DNA of 64,000 nucleotides. Origin: Mizuhopecten yessoensis. Lineage: Eukaryota. The notes beneath the pieces are model-generated. The model searched no databases. It saw only the letters and a program-made list of their open reading frames with translations, and was not told the DNA's origin. Of this stretch, positions 12,698-25,650 are shown piece by piece. Every line of letters begins with the position of its first letter. Within the stretch, counting starts at the first letter, position 1. The translations under genes were made by a program, and so were the position numbers. The stretch spans positions 126,899 to 190,898 of the forward strand of contig NW_018406412.1 of assembly GCF_002113885.1 (NCBI RefSeq), in the 5' to 3' direction.

Positions 12698-14058
12698 ATA
12701 TAACAACGTAATCCTTTGCAGTTTTCCTGTTTAACAGTAAAACGGAGCAAGAACGTATATTTGGTCTACTTCAAGATGTAGATGTAGAATTGCTTGTAAT
12801 ATTAAAAAAACACCATGAAAGATGTATTTGTGATTCTTTGAGTTTTTCCCGTAACCATGTTTCAAAACATAACATAATTAATATGTTGTTGCATATCTTA
12901 CAAGTAATCGTTAAAACAAGACCAAACCTACAGGAAGGACACTATGATAAGTTGTTCGGGTTCCGTCGCGATCATTTGAGACCCTCCCCTACAGGTTATG
13001 GGGGAGAATAGGCCTGTTGTGTCCCACTTCATGTCGTAAAAGGCGACTAATGTAGACCCCTTTTAGAATTTGTGGACTTTCATAGAAGAAACCACAATTG
13101 ATCTACGTCCCCATTACAACATTCAGGATCTTTATGTTTTCTCTCTACTTACTGAAAACCTTTTTTTTTCTAGTGTCCGGCTTGACAATGTCTCACTTTT
13201 CGCCTTAGTGTTGAGCGTGCGCCCAAGTGGGGTAGGCAATGGGGTCAGACCGGGACATATCGAAGTCCTTAAACTGTTAGTTGTTATTCTCTGTGGTGGG
13301 ACTGTGTCGGGGTATTATCGTTTACCAGTTAGCTTAGTTGGTTAGAAAGAAAGTATCATTATCGGAGTTGAAGGGTTCGAGTCCTGGCCTAGTCACACGC
13401 ATGCATAATTACACGTTTTAGCAACGGTACATGCACGAGCGGACCAACCAACCCTTTTCAATGCAACGCTTCTGGTCATATCGATCGAAGTTAAAGAACT
13501 ATTAATTACAAATTCAACAACGATGTTTTAATCTGGACACGAACTAATAAGAGTAATCCAGGGTATAAAGTAATTCGTGATCTCATTGACGGACTTTAAG
13601 TGACCTCACGAGAGCGCGTGCAATGCATGACTATGAGCCGTTTATCACGAGCCGTCAGTTATTCGTGTTACAAGAACTCTCGGGGTTTTACCATCTGGCT
13701 CGGAGGATTCAGGAGAATTTTTTTTCATCGGCCTGATATTGATTTTAAACAAAATTCTACCGGCGTCTTCTGTCCGTTTGTTTCTACAATCTTTACATCA
13801 ACGTTTTATTTCAGTTTGTAATAAAGATAGTTTCAACAATATAAAAACTGCTTAATTATATATATTCTGATATCTTGTTTATATTTGTAAATTTAAAAGG
13901 AACTATAAATCACACAAATACAAAAAAAAACAGAACACAAAAACCATACGAGAGCCTCTATAACAACAATGATCTCCATGACAACGAATTAAGAACTAAG
14001 CAAAGATTGTATATGGTTATAATAGTTAACGTTCTTCGTGTCGACCTGATTGTAAAAA

Positions 14059-14305
14059 ATATACATTTGATTTATTTTACAACAATCATGATAGAAGTTA
14101 TTCCAATTTGTATTCATCACTCTTATTAACCCGGCTGTTAGCGCCCGGGGTGTCTTAATGTGGGAGGAAACCGGAGTACCCGGAGAAAACCAAGGTGGTC
14201 GGGCAGGTGACCCCATATATACCCTTTCACGTCCGATCGGACAATCGAACCCCGACCGCCTTGGTGAGGTAAATGGGCTATCCACTGCGCCACCTGACCA
14301 CCCTG
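14059..14305 (-). mobile_element. V-domain-like SINE, full length
   Basis: GTGGGAGGAAACCGGAGTACCCGGAGAAAACC core on + (V-domain-like on minus). B-box GGGTTCGATT on minus. Aligns with the 7441, 25413 and 61721 copies. Confidence 0.85.
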
Positions 14306-16579
14306 ATTTTCACCTGTCGTTTCAGTGTCTGTAATAATAATTAAATCTGAAATACATCATGGATTTGACGATTTGACGTGAGATATCATGGTTACCACTT
14401 GTGGTGCAAGGGACGTTATCCAATCTTGAGTTTTAGGTTTTGCCTTCGGGTTTTATGTTATTAATATTGTCTTTCGTTTTTTTGTTTTTTTGTAGTTACA
14501 GTCTTTCAGCGACGACTTAACATTTCTTTTCCTTTGGTGTCCTTGTGTTTTGTCGTGTGGTACTTTAACATTACACTTCATTATATTTTTCAATAAAGAT
14601 CTTCATACCTGTACAAACGGTTCTCAGCTATCGATAGGTACCCAGAGAACGTATCATTACTTCTACCTGTGATTACAAAGGATACAGTTTACAGGTGTAT
14701 TCATTCTACGACTATGGGCAATTTAACGCAGAAAATTACACCTGTTACAATCGAAGTACTTGTAAGAGATTAAATCTTAAATACTCAACACCTATTATGT
14801 TTCAGAATTGAATTGAAAATCTTGATCCTTAAGTATTTTTTAAAGGAACTACGGGAAAAAGTTTTCCATTTGAGATTTGTCACCTTTAAATATTTATCAC
14901 ATAAAATAACTTGAGGTATTAATAACAAAAAATATGTTTTTGACAGTTTCTGCCTGTGGCGCATTTTGATTGGCAGGATGTTTTAAATTATATTGTTTTT
15001 AAGCTAACAATTGACAAGATAATATTGTGTATTTTATAAAGGAAAAGTATGTTTGCGAAATCTAATGGAAATATCTACTCAAAACAACAACACGTACGAA
15101 GTGTGGGTCAAATGAGATTATTACTCTTGAAGACAATCACAGACTAAAAACGAGCATGGATATAGACCCAGGTTTCCTGTGTATGTAGCGACAACATCGA
15201 ACCCGGCCTCTTCAACAGTCCGGTGAGTGTTTATTTGTTGTTCACAAACTAAACGAAAGTGCATCGCTATCAATATGTTGTTGATTGCTAAATAATTAGA
15301 AAAATAGAATTATCGGAGCAAACTTGTACAATCGTAAGATGCGAATCATTTTGTGCACATGTGGAATCCTTTCGAATTCTCTTCTAAAGTATGATTACTT
15401 ATGATATAATTATAACCATTTACGCGTTTATTTAATGATAAATATCAAATTAAATGATATAAGGGTGTTAATAACGCCAAAAAGGTGGAAGAATGATTGT
15501 TGTTATTATTTTGTGATGATGCAATCATGTTAGCTTTCCAATTTGTCGATGACAACGTCATATCTAGGTCACAATTGAGAAAACACTATGTGTACACAGT
15601 CATGTACTTCCGGAGATTGCTATTCTAATGTTCGATCGATTAGTTTATTTGCCAATATGTACATTCTCGATGTCATTTCTTTAAACGAGACTACCAAAAA
15701 GAGTTACAATCTACGCGAGATGCCATTTTAGTATTTGTCAATGTGACGCTTGGCAGTCCGCTTCAAATAACACGATAGATAGGTCATAGTCAATCTCTTA
15801 AGTGACTAAGATTGTTGTAAGTTCCGTCATTATGATGTTATGTATGTATTCAGTAAAAATTCATTTGTTGAAGCCTGAATAGGTTTGTTTCTAATGACTA
15901 TGTTTGAAAACCACAGACTGTAGACTTTTATATCCTGCACAGCGTCATCAATTGATAAACAAGAAACGTCGGTTGTAATCGTTAAATGTCGGGTATTTCC
16001 GTCACGATCGAAATGATCCGGATGTGCTTCGATTTATGATTATAACCATTTCTCAGTTTTCATCCATTTGAGCTCATTTAATCGGGGATTCAGGGTTATC
16101 TACAGGTAATTCTTTAAATGCCACCCTTACTGAATCTTGAACCCATTTACATAAGCCTTCTTGACCTTCAAGACCTCTCCTTTCCCTCGACTTGGCACAA
16201 AACTAATAAATAGACATAGACGCAAACGCCAATGTCTTTTGATTGTGATGAATACTTTTTTTCTCTCTAAAAGTCATGGATTTTAAAACATGATTACATA
16301 AACCGATTGTTGATTGCTCTATACACGTATCTTCGATTATAATGAATAATTGTCAAAGTGCGGAGCTGTATGTGTTGGTCAATAATCCGAAGTACGAACA
16401 ATAATCTTGGAAGCCACAGTCAATGTATACGTACTATGTAGCAGTGAGATTAATTGATAGAATTCACCGTGTGTTTCAAGTAAAGCATCCGGTACCAGAG
16501 TAAGGAGAGTTATTCTAATTATACTTAAATATTGTATCAACTTTTTTTTTTAGCTTTGTGGCATCGAAGTATACTTTAA

Positions 16580-17487
16580 CGTCAGTGACATCAATGCTGT
16601 CTTGTTTAGTTTGACGTCAGAGGCATCAATTTAGTCTTGTGTACTTCAGTGACATCAATGTTGTCTTGTGTACTTCAGTGACATCAATGTTGTCTTGTGT
16701 ACTTCAGAATCATCAATGAAGTCTTGTGTACTTCAGTGACATCAATGTTGTCTTGTGTACTTCAGAGACATCAATGTAGTTTTGTGTACTTCAGTGACTT
16801 CAATGTTGTCTTGTGTATTTCAGAGACATCAATGTAGCCTTGTGTACTTCAGTGGCATCAATTATGTCTTGTGTACTTCAGCGACATCAATGTAGTCTTG
16901 TGTTCTTCAGTGACATCAATGTAGTCCTGTGTATTTCAGTGGTATCAATGTTGGCTTGTGTACTTCAGTGACTTCAATGTTGTCTTGTGTCTTTCAGAGA
17001 CCTCAATGTAGTCTTGTGTTCTTCAGTGACATCAATGTAGTCTCGTGTACTTCAGTGGTATCAATGAAGTGTTGTGTACTTCAGTGGTATCAAGGTTGTC
17101 TTGTATACTTCAGTGACATCAATGTAGTCTTGTGCACTTCAGTGGTATCAATGTAGTGTTGCGTATTTCAGTGGTATCAATATAGTGTTGGGTACTTCAG
17201 AGACATCAATGTAGTTTTGTGTACTTCAGTGACTTCAATGTTGTCTTGTGTCTTTCAGTGACATCAATGTAGTCTCGTGTACTTCAGTGGTATCAATGTT
17301 GTCTTGTATACTTCAGTGACATCAATGTAGTCTTGTGTACTTCAGTGGTATCAATGTAGTGTTGTGTATTTCAGTGGTATCAATGTTGTCTTGTGTACTT
17401 CAGTGACATCAATGAAGTATTATGTACTTCAGTGGCATCAATTATGTCTTGTGTACTTCAGTGGCATCGATGTTGTCTTGTGTACTT
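16580..17487. repeat. 29-bp minisatellite (TTGTGTACTTCAGTGACATCAATGTTGTC), ~31 copies
   Basis: Direct periodicity, e.g. 16637 to 16666. Confidence 0.95.
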
Positions 17488-18127
17488 TTACACGAAGTGA
17501 TTACTTTTGAATTGATCGAAAGTAAAGTTTGTATCAAAACATCCTTACATAACAACAAGATCAGAAAGATGTCTGTGAAAAAGCAATGAATGAAATCATA
17601 ACCAGCACGTTATCATACGAATAGAAAACAGGAACTCGAGGCTGGAAAAATACAATATGCAGGCGAAATTACAAATTGGGTTTTTATAAAGGAAATATAT
17701 ACATATTTAAAATGTTAGACATTAGCAGACAATTGTTATAAGACTTTATTAAAAACCGTCGATATAATGTCCCTCTCACACGTAAGTAAAAACATTTTAA
17801 ATATTGACAAGTCAAGGAATATTTCTTGCCAAGCTTAGAACCCACTTTTCAAACAACTTTATTAAAACTCGATTCATGTCATAAAGCTATTAATCAGTAT
17901 CATTTTACATAATAGTTCGCTTTTGTAAATTTAGAAATATGAGACGTGAACGGTTCTATGTGTTTTGTCCCCTTTCTATTACTGACATTTTTGATAAATG
18001 ATAGATAAGGTCTCAGGAAACGCATTATGTGTTTCGTGTTTCACTTTTTTTTTTAAATCTACGGGCTGTAAGTGGAAAATATCTAAAAAGTCTACACATA
18101 TCTTAAATCCTTAAAAAACTAAATCGA

Positions 18128-18285
18128 GACCTTCGTTGGGCAGTCGCCAGATACTGTCCGTAGGTCGGTGGTTTTTCTTCGGGAACTCCAGCTTTCCTCC
18201 TCCACCACCACCACCACCACCACCACCTGGCACGTCCTTAAATGGCCATAGCTGTTAATAGGACGTAAAACACAAACAAATCAAA
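18128..18285 (+). mobile_element. 5'-truncated SINE, second V-like subfamily
   Basis: GTGGTTTTTCTTCGGGAACTCCAGCTTTCCTCC core, followed by GCTGTTAATAGGACGTAAAACACAAACAAATCAAA tail. Confidence 0.6.
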
Positions 18286-19050
18286 TGACTTTTATTTTGT
18301 TTCCCGAACAAATAGATCATACTATTTGAAACAGGTAATTATAAGGCCCAATTTCGTATTCAACATACAACATAACTATTGGATAGCAACTACATATTAG
18401 GAAAACGATACACAAAATCATGTTCCTAGATATGATTGGAATATTTTTCAATAATCTCTGATCCATGTAACTCAGGAAAACTGCTGTTTTGTTCTGCCTT
18501 GTACTGTAACACATAGACATTCGATGCGGTTCATGTCATTTTCCTGTAATATAGTGGGCATTCATATTGCCTATGAAACGCATCTGAAAGCAATGTACTG
18601 CTTAACTGTGTCTTCTATTCAAATATTCACAGAAGCTCGAAGTTTATATTTGAGAATTGACTCATTCGAATAGACTTCATTTAGAAATCGCATAAAACGT
18701 TTTGGTGACGAGATAGGATTTTTGTATATCAAAGGCCGTTCAAACGAGGTATGTTAACATAGACAGTTTTCAGTGACTTACCAACTTGAATTATTTCTAA
18801 AGCTTGTGATATTGTTTTCCGTAAGGAATTAGACATTTGTAAGACAATTATAATAAAACAGTGTACATGTATGTATACATAAAATGAAGTGTGTGTTTAA
18901 TACTACAGTAAAAATCTCGTTATACTGCCACTACAGTGTACTTGTCCAGAGAAATTTTGACGTTATAAAGGAAAGGCGATAAATTGAGGGCAATTTATAA
19001 AGGACAATAAAAAACCGAAACGAAACATTCCTTTATAATATTACTTTTAC

Positions 19051-19238
19051 TACAGTAAAACCTCGTTATTATGCCAACACTTGTCCGGATGCATTTTGGC
19101 GTTATAAAGAAGTTGGCGATGAACTGAGGGAAATATATAAAGGATCTCTTAAGAAAATGAGAAAAGGAAACCTTGAAATATGTTGGCTGTAATTGAGATG
19201 ACAATGGAATGAGTGGTATTATATCGAGGTTTATCTGT
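19051..19238. mobile_element. MITE family B copy, with an adjacent partial copy at 18904-19020
   Basis: TACAGTAAAACCTCGTTATTATGCC ... GGTATTATATCGAGGTTTATCTG. Confidence 0.7.
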
Positions 19239-20687
19239 CAAATGAAATGAATATGTTCGTACCTTAAACAGTCTGCGGGGTCTTGTGAGGTGTTTAAATA
19301 TCTGTGTTCTTTAGTAACTCTCATTTAAGATTCGTCTTACACAAAATGGTTGTAAGTTGTGGCTATTAAAATGTCTCAAAGGATCTTTTTAACGATCTCT
19401 TTAAAATTCACAAGAAAAGGATGATTTGTTTTTAAAATACCTTGAAACATTAGCATATAACCGTTAAATCTGTACGTAGAAGTTAACCATGCTTCTTCAA
19501 TCTTGCGTCAATAATTTAAAATTAGATTGAAATCTTGACAGTGCTTGAGTTATCTGTTCGCACCTACGTGTAATCTCGCTGTCATTTCGTGACATCTCGT
19601 GATCAGGCGATCAGCCTCGATCGGGTTTTATTTCGATTTAATTACGTTTGGCTAATTATATTCTACTCAGATAATCCGCTTTTCTCGGTTTTTATCGTCC
19701 GTGCCATTTCAGATTGAAATCTTGAAAATAGCAATGTGACATTAACTCCAACAGAAGCAGCTTGATTGCAATGTGTTTATTGCCTAAATGTCATTGTCGT
19801 GAACCCAGGAGTACGGATTCTCGCTTGAGCCCTAAACTCATCTTCAACGCCTTCCCCTTCCCCCGGGGTCATCTCTCCGTCCCCTGGGGATCGTAAAATA
19901 TTTCATGGATGTGGCGATGATGAAAAGGTCGTCGGGAAACGGTTAATTATCTAAGAATGAAAGTCACAGATACATCCATTGAGAGTACATTACATCTCAG
20001 AATCATGGCTACTTTTTGAAGATTTCCGAAAAACTCAACATTATGGCCACTCGGTATGTTGTACATTTGTGTAGGTTCCCGAAGAAATTATTTAGATAGT
20101 AGGACACAAACTACTTGTATAATAATTTTGTTGTTAAAAGAAACAGATTCTAATGAAAAATGAAAACATAAGCAGATAATTGAAAGCGACCGAGGAAACA
20201 ATGTAATTTGTAAATTTCATGAGGCAATTCGACCCTTTGTAGAGACGCAATCAGCAAACAATAACATTAAAAACCAAGGCTGGTAGTCGTATATAATTAT
20301 TATCGAGTATTTCACGCGAAATTTTGACAAATTATATTGTTTGCACTGTCGTTATTACCTGTCTGTTTATGTACACGTAGAATTAATGAATTTGGTTCAA
20401 TATATACAATACACTTAGTTTGTCCGTGACTTAGTTTCTTTATTGGACCACACTGTCACTATCGTAATACATATTAAAACATAAACATTTAAATATTACT
20501 CTGTTTGTTACGTAACGTATATTGTTTATTTATTAAAAATGCTTAAAAATGTTGCTGATAGTAAATTTTGAATGTAGTAAATTAAAGTAATACGATTTAA
20601 AGCCAAAAAGCAAACTAAAATCATCTTATAGGCCTAATTCAATAAGCAATATGTTTTAACCGTACCCAAAACGTATGCATCTTTTCT

Positions 20688-23600
20688 AATGTGTTTTACC
20701 TTCGTGTGTTAACACTGAAGTGTTTTGCCCTCGTGTGTTAACACTGTGATATGTTTTGCCCTCTTGTGTTGACACTGCGATGTGTTTTGCCCTCGTGTGT
20801 TGACACTGTGATGTGTTTTGCCCTCGTGTGTTGACACTGTGACGTGTTTTGCCCTCATTTGTTGACACTGTGATGTGTTTTACCTTCGTGTGTTAACACT
20901 GAAGTGTTTTGCCCTCGTGTGTTGACACTGATATGTGTTTTATCCTCGTTTGTTGACAGTGTGATGTGTTTTGCCCTCTTGTGTTGACACTTTGATGTGT
21001 TTTGCCCTCGTGTGTTCACACTGTGATGTGTTTTGCCCTCATGTGTTTACACTATGATGTGTTTTGACCTTGGTTGTTTGCACTGATATGTGTTTTGCCC
21101 GCGTGTGTTCACACTGTGATGTGTTTCGCCGCCGGGTTATGACACTATGGTATTTTTTGCCTTAGTGTGTTGACACTGTGTTGTCATTGGCTCTCGTGTG
21201 TTGACACTGTGTTGTCATTGGCTCTCGTGTGTTGACACTGTGGTGTGTTTTGAGCTCGTGTGTTTACACTGATATGTGTTTTGCCCGCGTGTGTTCACAC
21301 TGTGATGTGTTTCGCCCTCATGTGTTTACACTATGATGTATTTTGCCCTCGTGTGTTGAAACTGTGATGTGTTAAGCCCTCGTGTGTTGACACTGTGATG
21401 TGTTTTGCCCTCGTGTGTTCACACTGTGATGTGTTTTGCCCTCATGTGTTTACACTATGATGTATTTTGCCCTCGTGTGTTGACACTGTGATGTGTTTAG
21501 CCCTCGCGTGTTGACACTGCAATGTGTTTTTACCTTGTTTGTTTATACTATTATGTGTTTTGCCCTCGTATGTTGACACTATGATGTGTTTTGCCCCCGT
21601 GTGGTGACACTATGGTAGGGTTTGCCCTAGTGTGTTGACACTGTGATGTGTTTAGCCCTCGCGTGTTGACACTGTGATGTGTTTAGCCCTCGTGTGTTGA
21701 CACTGTGACGTGTTTTGCCCTCATGTGTTGACACTGTGATGTGTTTTGCCCTTGTGTGTTGACACTTTGATGTATTTTGCCCTCTTGTGTTTACACTGTG
21801 ATGTATTTTGCCCTCGTGTGTTGACACTGTGGTGTGTTTTGAGCTCGTGTGTTTACACTGATATGTGTTTTATCCTCATGTGTTGACACTTATATGTGTT
21901 TTGTCCTCGTGTGTTGACACTTTGATATATTTTGCCCTCCTGTGTTGAGACTGATGTGGTTTGACCTCGTGTGCTGACTCTTTGATGTATTTTGCCCTCT
22001 TGTGTTTACACTGCGATGTATTTTGCCCTCGTGTGTTTACACTGTGATGTTTTTTGCCCTCGTGTGTTGTCACTGTGATGTGTCTAGCCCTCGCGTGTTG
22101 ACGCTGTGATGTGTTTTGCCCCCGTGTGGTGACACTATGGTAGGGTTTGCCCTAGTGTGTTGACACTGTGATGTGTTTTGAGCTCGTGTGTTTACACTTT
22201 GATGTATTTTGCCCTCGTGTGTTGACACTGTGATGTGTTTTGAGCTCGTGTGTTGACACTGTGATAAGGTTTGCCCTCGTGTGTTGAACCGGAAAAGTGT
22301 TTTGTTCTCGTGTGTTGACACTGTGATGTGTTTTGCCCTCGTGTGTTCACACTGTGATGTGTTTCGCCTCCGTGTTATGACACTATGGTATTTTTTGCCT
22401 TAGTGTGTTGACACTGTGATGTGTTTAGCCCTCGCGTGTTGACACTGTGATTTGTTTAGCCCTCGCGTGTTGACACTGTGATGTGTTTTGCCCCCGTGTT
22501 ATGACACTATGGTAGGTTTTGCCTTAGTGTGTTGACACTGTGATGTTTTTAGCCCTCGTGTGTTGTCACTGTGATGTGTTTAGCCCTCGCGTGTTGACAC
22601 TGTGATGTGTTTTGCCCCCGTGTGGTAACACTATGGTAGGTTTTGCCCTAGTGTGTTGACACTGCGATGTGTTTTGCTCTCGCGTGTTGACACTGCAATG
22701 TGTTTTTACCTTGTTTGTTTATACTATTATGTGTTTTGCCCTCGTGTGTTAACACTGTGATGTGTTTTGCCCCCGTGTGGTGACACTATGGTAGGTTTTG
22801 CCTTAGTTTGTTGACACTGTGATGTGTTTAGCCCTCGTGTGTTAACACTATGATGTGTTTTGCCCCCGTGTGGTGACACTATGGTAGGTTTTGCCCTAGT
22901 GTGTTGACACTGTGATGTGTTTAGCCCTCGTGTGTTGACACTGTGATGTGTTTAGGCCTCGCGTGTCGACACTGTGATGTGTTTTGCCCACTTGTGTTGA
23001 CACTATGATGTGTTTTGCCCCCGTGTGGTGAAACTATGGTAGGTTTTGCCCTTGCTTGTTGACACTGTTATGTGTATAGCCCCCGTGTGTTGACACTGTG
23101 ATGTGTTAAGCCCTCGCGTGTCGACACTGTGATGTGTTTTGCCCTCGTGTGGTGACACTATGTGTTGACACTGTGATGTGTTTTGCCCACTTGTGTTGGC
23201 ACTATGATGTGTTTTGCCCACTTGTGTTGGCACTATGATGTGTTTTGCCTCCGTGTGGTGACACTATGTGTTGACACTGTGATGGGTTTAGGCCTCGCGC
23301 GTCGACACTGTGATGTGGTTAGCCCTCGTGTGTCGACACTGTGATGTGGTTTGCCCCCGTGTGGTAACACTATGGTAGGTTTTGCCCTCGTGTGGTGACA
23401 GTATGGTAGGTTTTGCCCTAGTGTGTTGACACTGTGATGCGTTTTGCCCTCGCGTGTTGCAACTGCGATGTGTTTTGCCCCCGTGTGGTGACACTATGGT
23501 AGGTTTTGCCCTAATGTGTTGACATTGCGATGTGTTTTGCCCTCGCGTGTTGACACTGCAATGTGTTTTTACCTTGATTGTTTATACTATTATGTGTTTT

Positions 23601-24085
23601 GCCCCCGTGTGGTGACACTATGGTAGGTTTTGCCCTAGTGTGTTGACACTGTGATGTGTTTAGCCCTCGTGTGTATACACTGTGATGTGTTTAGGCCTCG
23701 CGTGTCGACACTGTGATGTGTTTTGCCCTCGTGTGTTGACACTATGATGTGTTTTGCCCCCGTGTGGTGACACTATGGTATGTTTTGCCCTCGCGTGTTG
23801 ACAGTTATGTGTTTAGCCCTCGTGTGTTGACACTGTGATGTCTTTAGCCCTCGCGTGTCGACACTGTGATGTGTTTTGCCCCCGTGTGGTGACACTATGG
23901 TAGGTTTTGACCTAGTGTGTTGACACTGCGATGTGTTTTGCCCTCGAGTGTCGACACTGTGATGTGTTTTGCCCCCGTGTGGTGACACTATGGTAGGTTT
24001 TGACCTAGTGTGTTGACACCGCGATGTGTTTTGCCCTCGTGCGTTGACGCGGTGGTATATTTTGCTCTTGTGTGTTTGCGGTTGG
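20688..24085. repeat. 31-bp satellite (GACACTGTGATGTGTTTTGCCCTCGTGTGTT), ~110 copies
   Basis: Direct periodicity. A recurrent variant, CCCCGTGTGGTGACACTATGGTAGGTTTTGCCCTAG, dominates the 3' half. Confidence 0.95.
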
Positions 24086-24955
24086 TTATATATTGCCTTT
24101 GCTTGTTAACACTGTGGCTTATTTTGCCTTGTGTGTCATCAAGTATTTCATCAAATTCAAATTAAAAATCGTTAAAAACATGTTTCTTTTTTATTTTATT
24201 TCCTTTGTTTCCTATTTCGAACTCCTCTGCAAAAGAGGAGTCATTTCAACGTAGAAAACGCATTCTTAGATAATTGCCTGCCATCTCAAATGTAGCGTAA
24301 AAAAATCCGGGGTGAATAAACTTAAATTATCAAACCAGAAACTACAATTTGCGAGGTTGTTTACAATGGTGTTAATATTTCATCGTTTATGAGTCGGAAA
24401 GTTCGTCAAGGGTTAGCTTTTAGCTTTGGATGACTATGTGAAATTACATCAATAAATTTTTATTTTCCCACAGTTTCTTGCATCGTTGATTTCCGTGGCT
24501 GTGTATACAACGTCACACATACTCGTGTTGTAGTCGAATCTTTTCAAAGTTCTGTGTGTGCTCTACGTACTGTGTCCTCGTGTAGTGGCCATCCTGATTT
24601 CACGCGGGAAAATAGCTTAAGACTCTTCAATATGTAATGCAAGTGGGTTGAAAAATCTTCTAGGAGGCATATTGCTCTTTCATGTAAAAGAGCAGATTTC
24701 TCTCACCTCAACTGTCAAAAGGAAACAGTTCACCTCCTCGTCTCAATCACCTCCGGTCGCCATCTTGCAGTGTTTTACAAACATCCTCCGTGAATTTGAA
24801 AATGAAAATGAAATAATCAAAGAACTTTGTGCATACAATGGAACTGCATCCACGTCGATGTCGGAAATACGAAGCATTTTCATTAGAATGCACTCGTTAG
24901 CTTTTTGTTCACCTTTCTGTTTTTATACAGCAATTTAAAGCGGTCTCATATGAAC

Positions 24956-25138
24956 TACAGTATAACCTCGATATAATGCCCCTTATTTCATTTGCCATCT
25001 CGTTAAATAACGCCAATATATTTTTAAAGAGCCGTTTTTTTCGTTATTTTAAGATTTCGTTTATGGGTTAGGGAAACCCCATAATAACATCAAAATACCT
25101 CTGGACAAAGGGTGGCAGGATAACGAAGTGTTATTGTA
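24956..25138. mobile_element. MITE family B copy
   Basis: TACAGTATAACCTCGATATAATGCC ... GGCAGGATAACGAAGTGTTATTGTA. Confidence 0.65.
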
Positions 25139-25412
25139 CTTGTTCACATAAAAAAAAGTTACGTGTGCAAAATAAGAAAAACATTTTGAAAACAATAATT
25201 TTTACCAATGTGGCTTAAATATACTGGTAAAATACAATGTAAATTGGTTGCATTTTCGATCCTTATACAGTTAAATGGTTTTCCTGATACAAAACAAAAT
25301 CATCTTTTAAGCCATTCCTCTAATGACAAACTTTCAAAACACACATAAGAACACAAGAAGTGATGACGTCGTATACCAGAATGGTTGGCGCGGGTAAAAC
25401 TGTTTACATATA

Positions 25413-25650
25413 AACTTTATTTATTTTACAACAATTTTGAAACAAGTTATTTCAACTGATATTAATCACTCTTGTTGGCCCGGATGTTAGCGCGTGGGTG
25501 GTCTTAGTGTGGGAGGAAACCGGAGTACCCGGAGAAAACCCAGGTGATCGGGCAGGCGACCCCATACCTTTTCACGGCCGATCGGGGAATCGAACCCTGG
25601 TCGCCTTGGTGAAGGCAAGTGCGCTATCTACTGCACCACCCGACCACCCG
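25413..25650 (-). mobile_element. V-domain-like SINE, full length
   Basis: Close match to the 14059 and 61721 copies (head, core and tail). An extra core fragment lies at 25863-25915. Confidence 0.85.

Noticed and set aside
13325-13395. tRNA genes (also 1686-1760, 35817-35895, 49860-49912)
   Set aside because: A/B boxes are present but the cloverleaf stems do not pair; better explained as SINE heads.
20686-23988. His/Thr-rich ORFs (STHEGKTHHSVNTRGQNTSQCQHTRAKH)
   Set aside because: Translation of a 31-bp satellite; the unit is not a multiple of 3 and cycles through frames.
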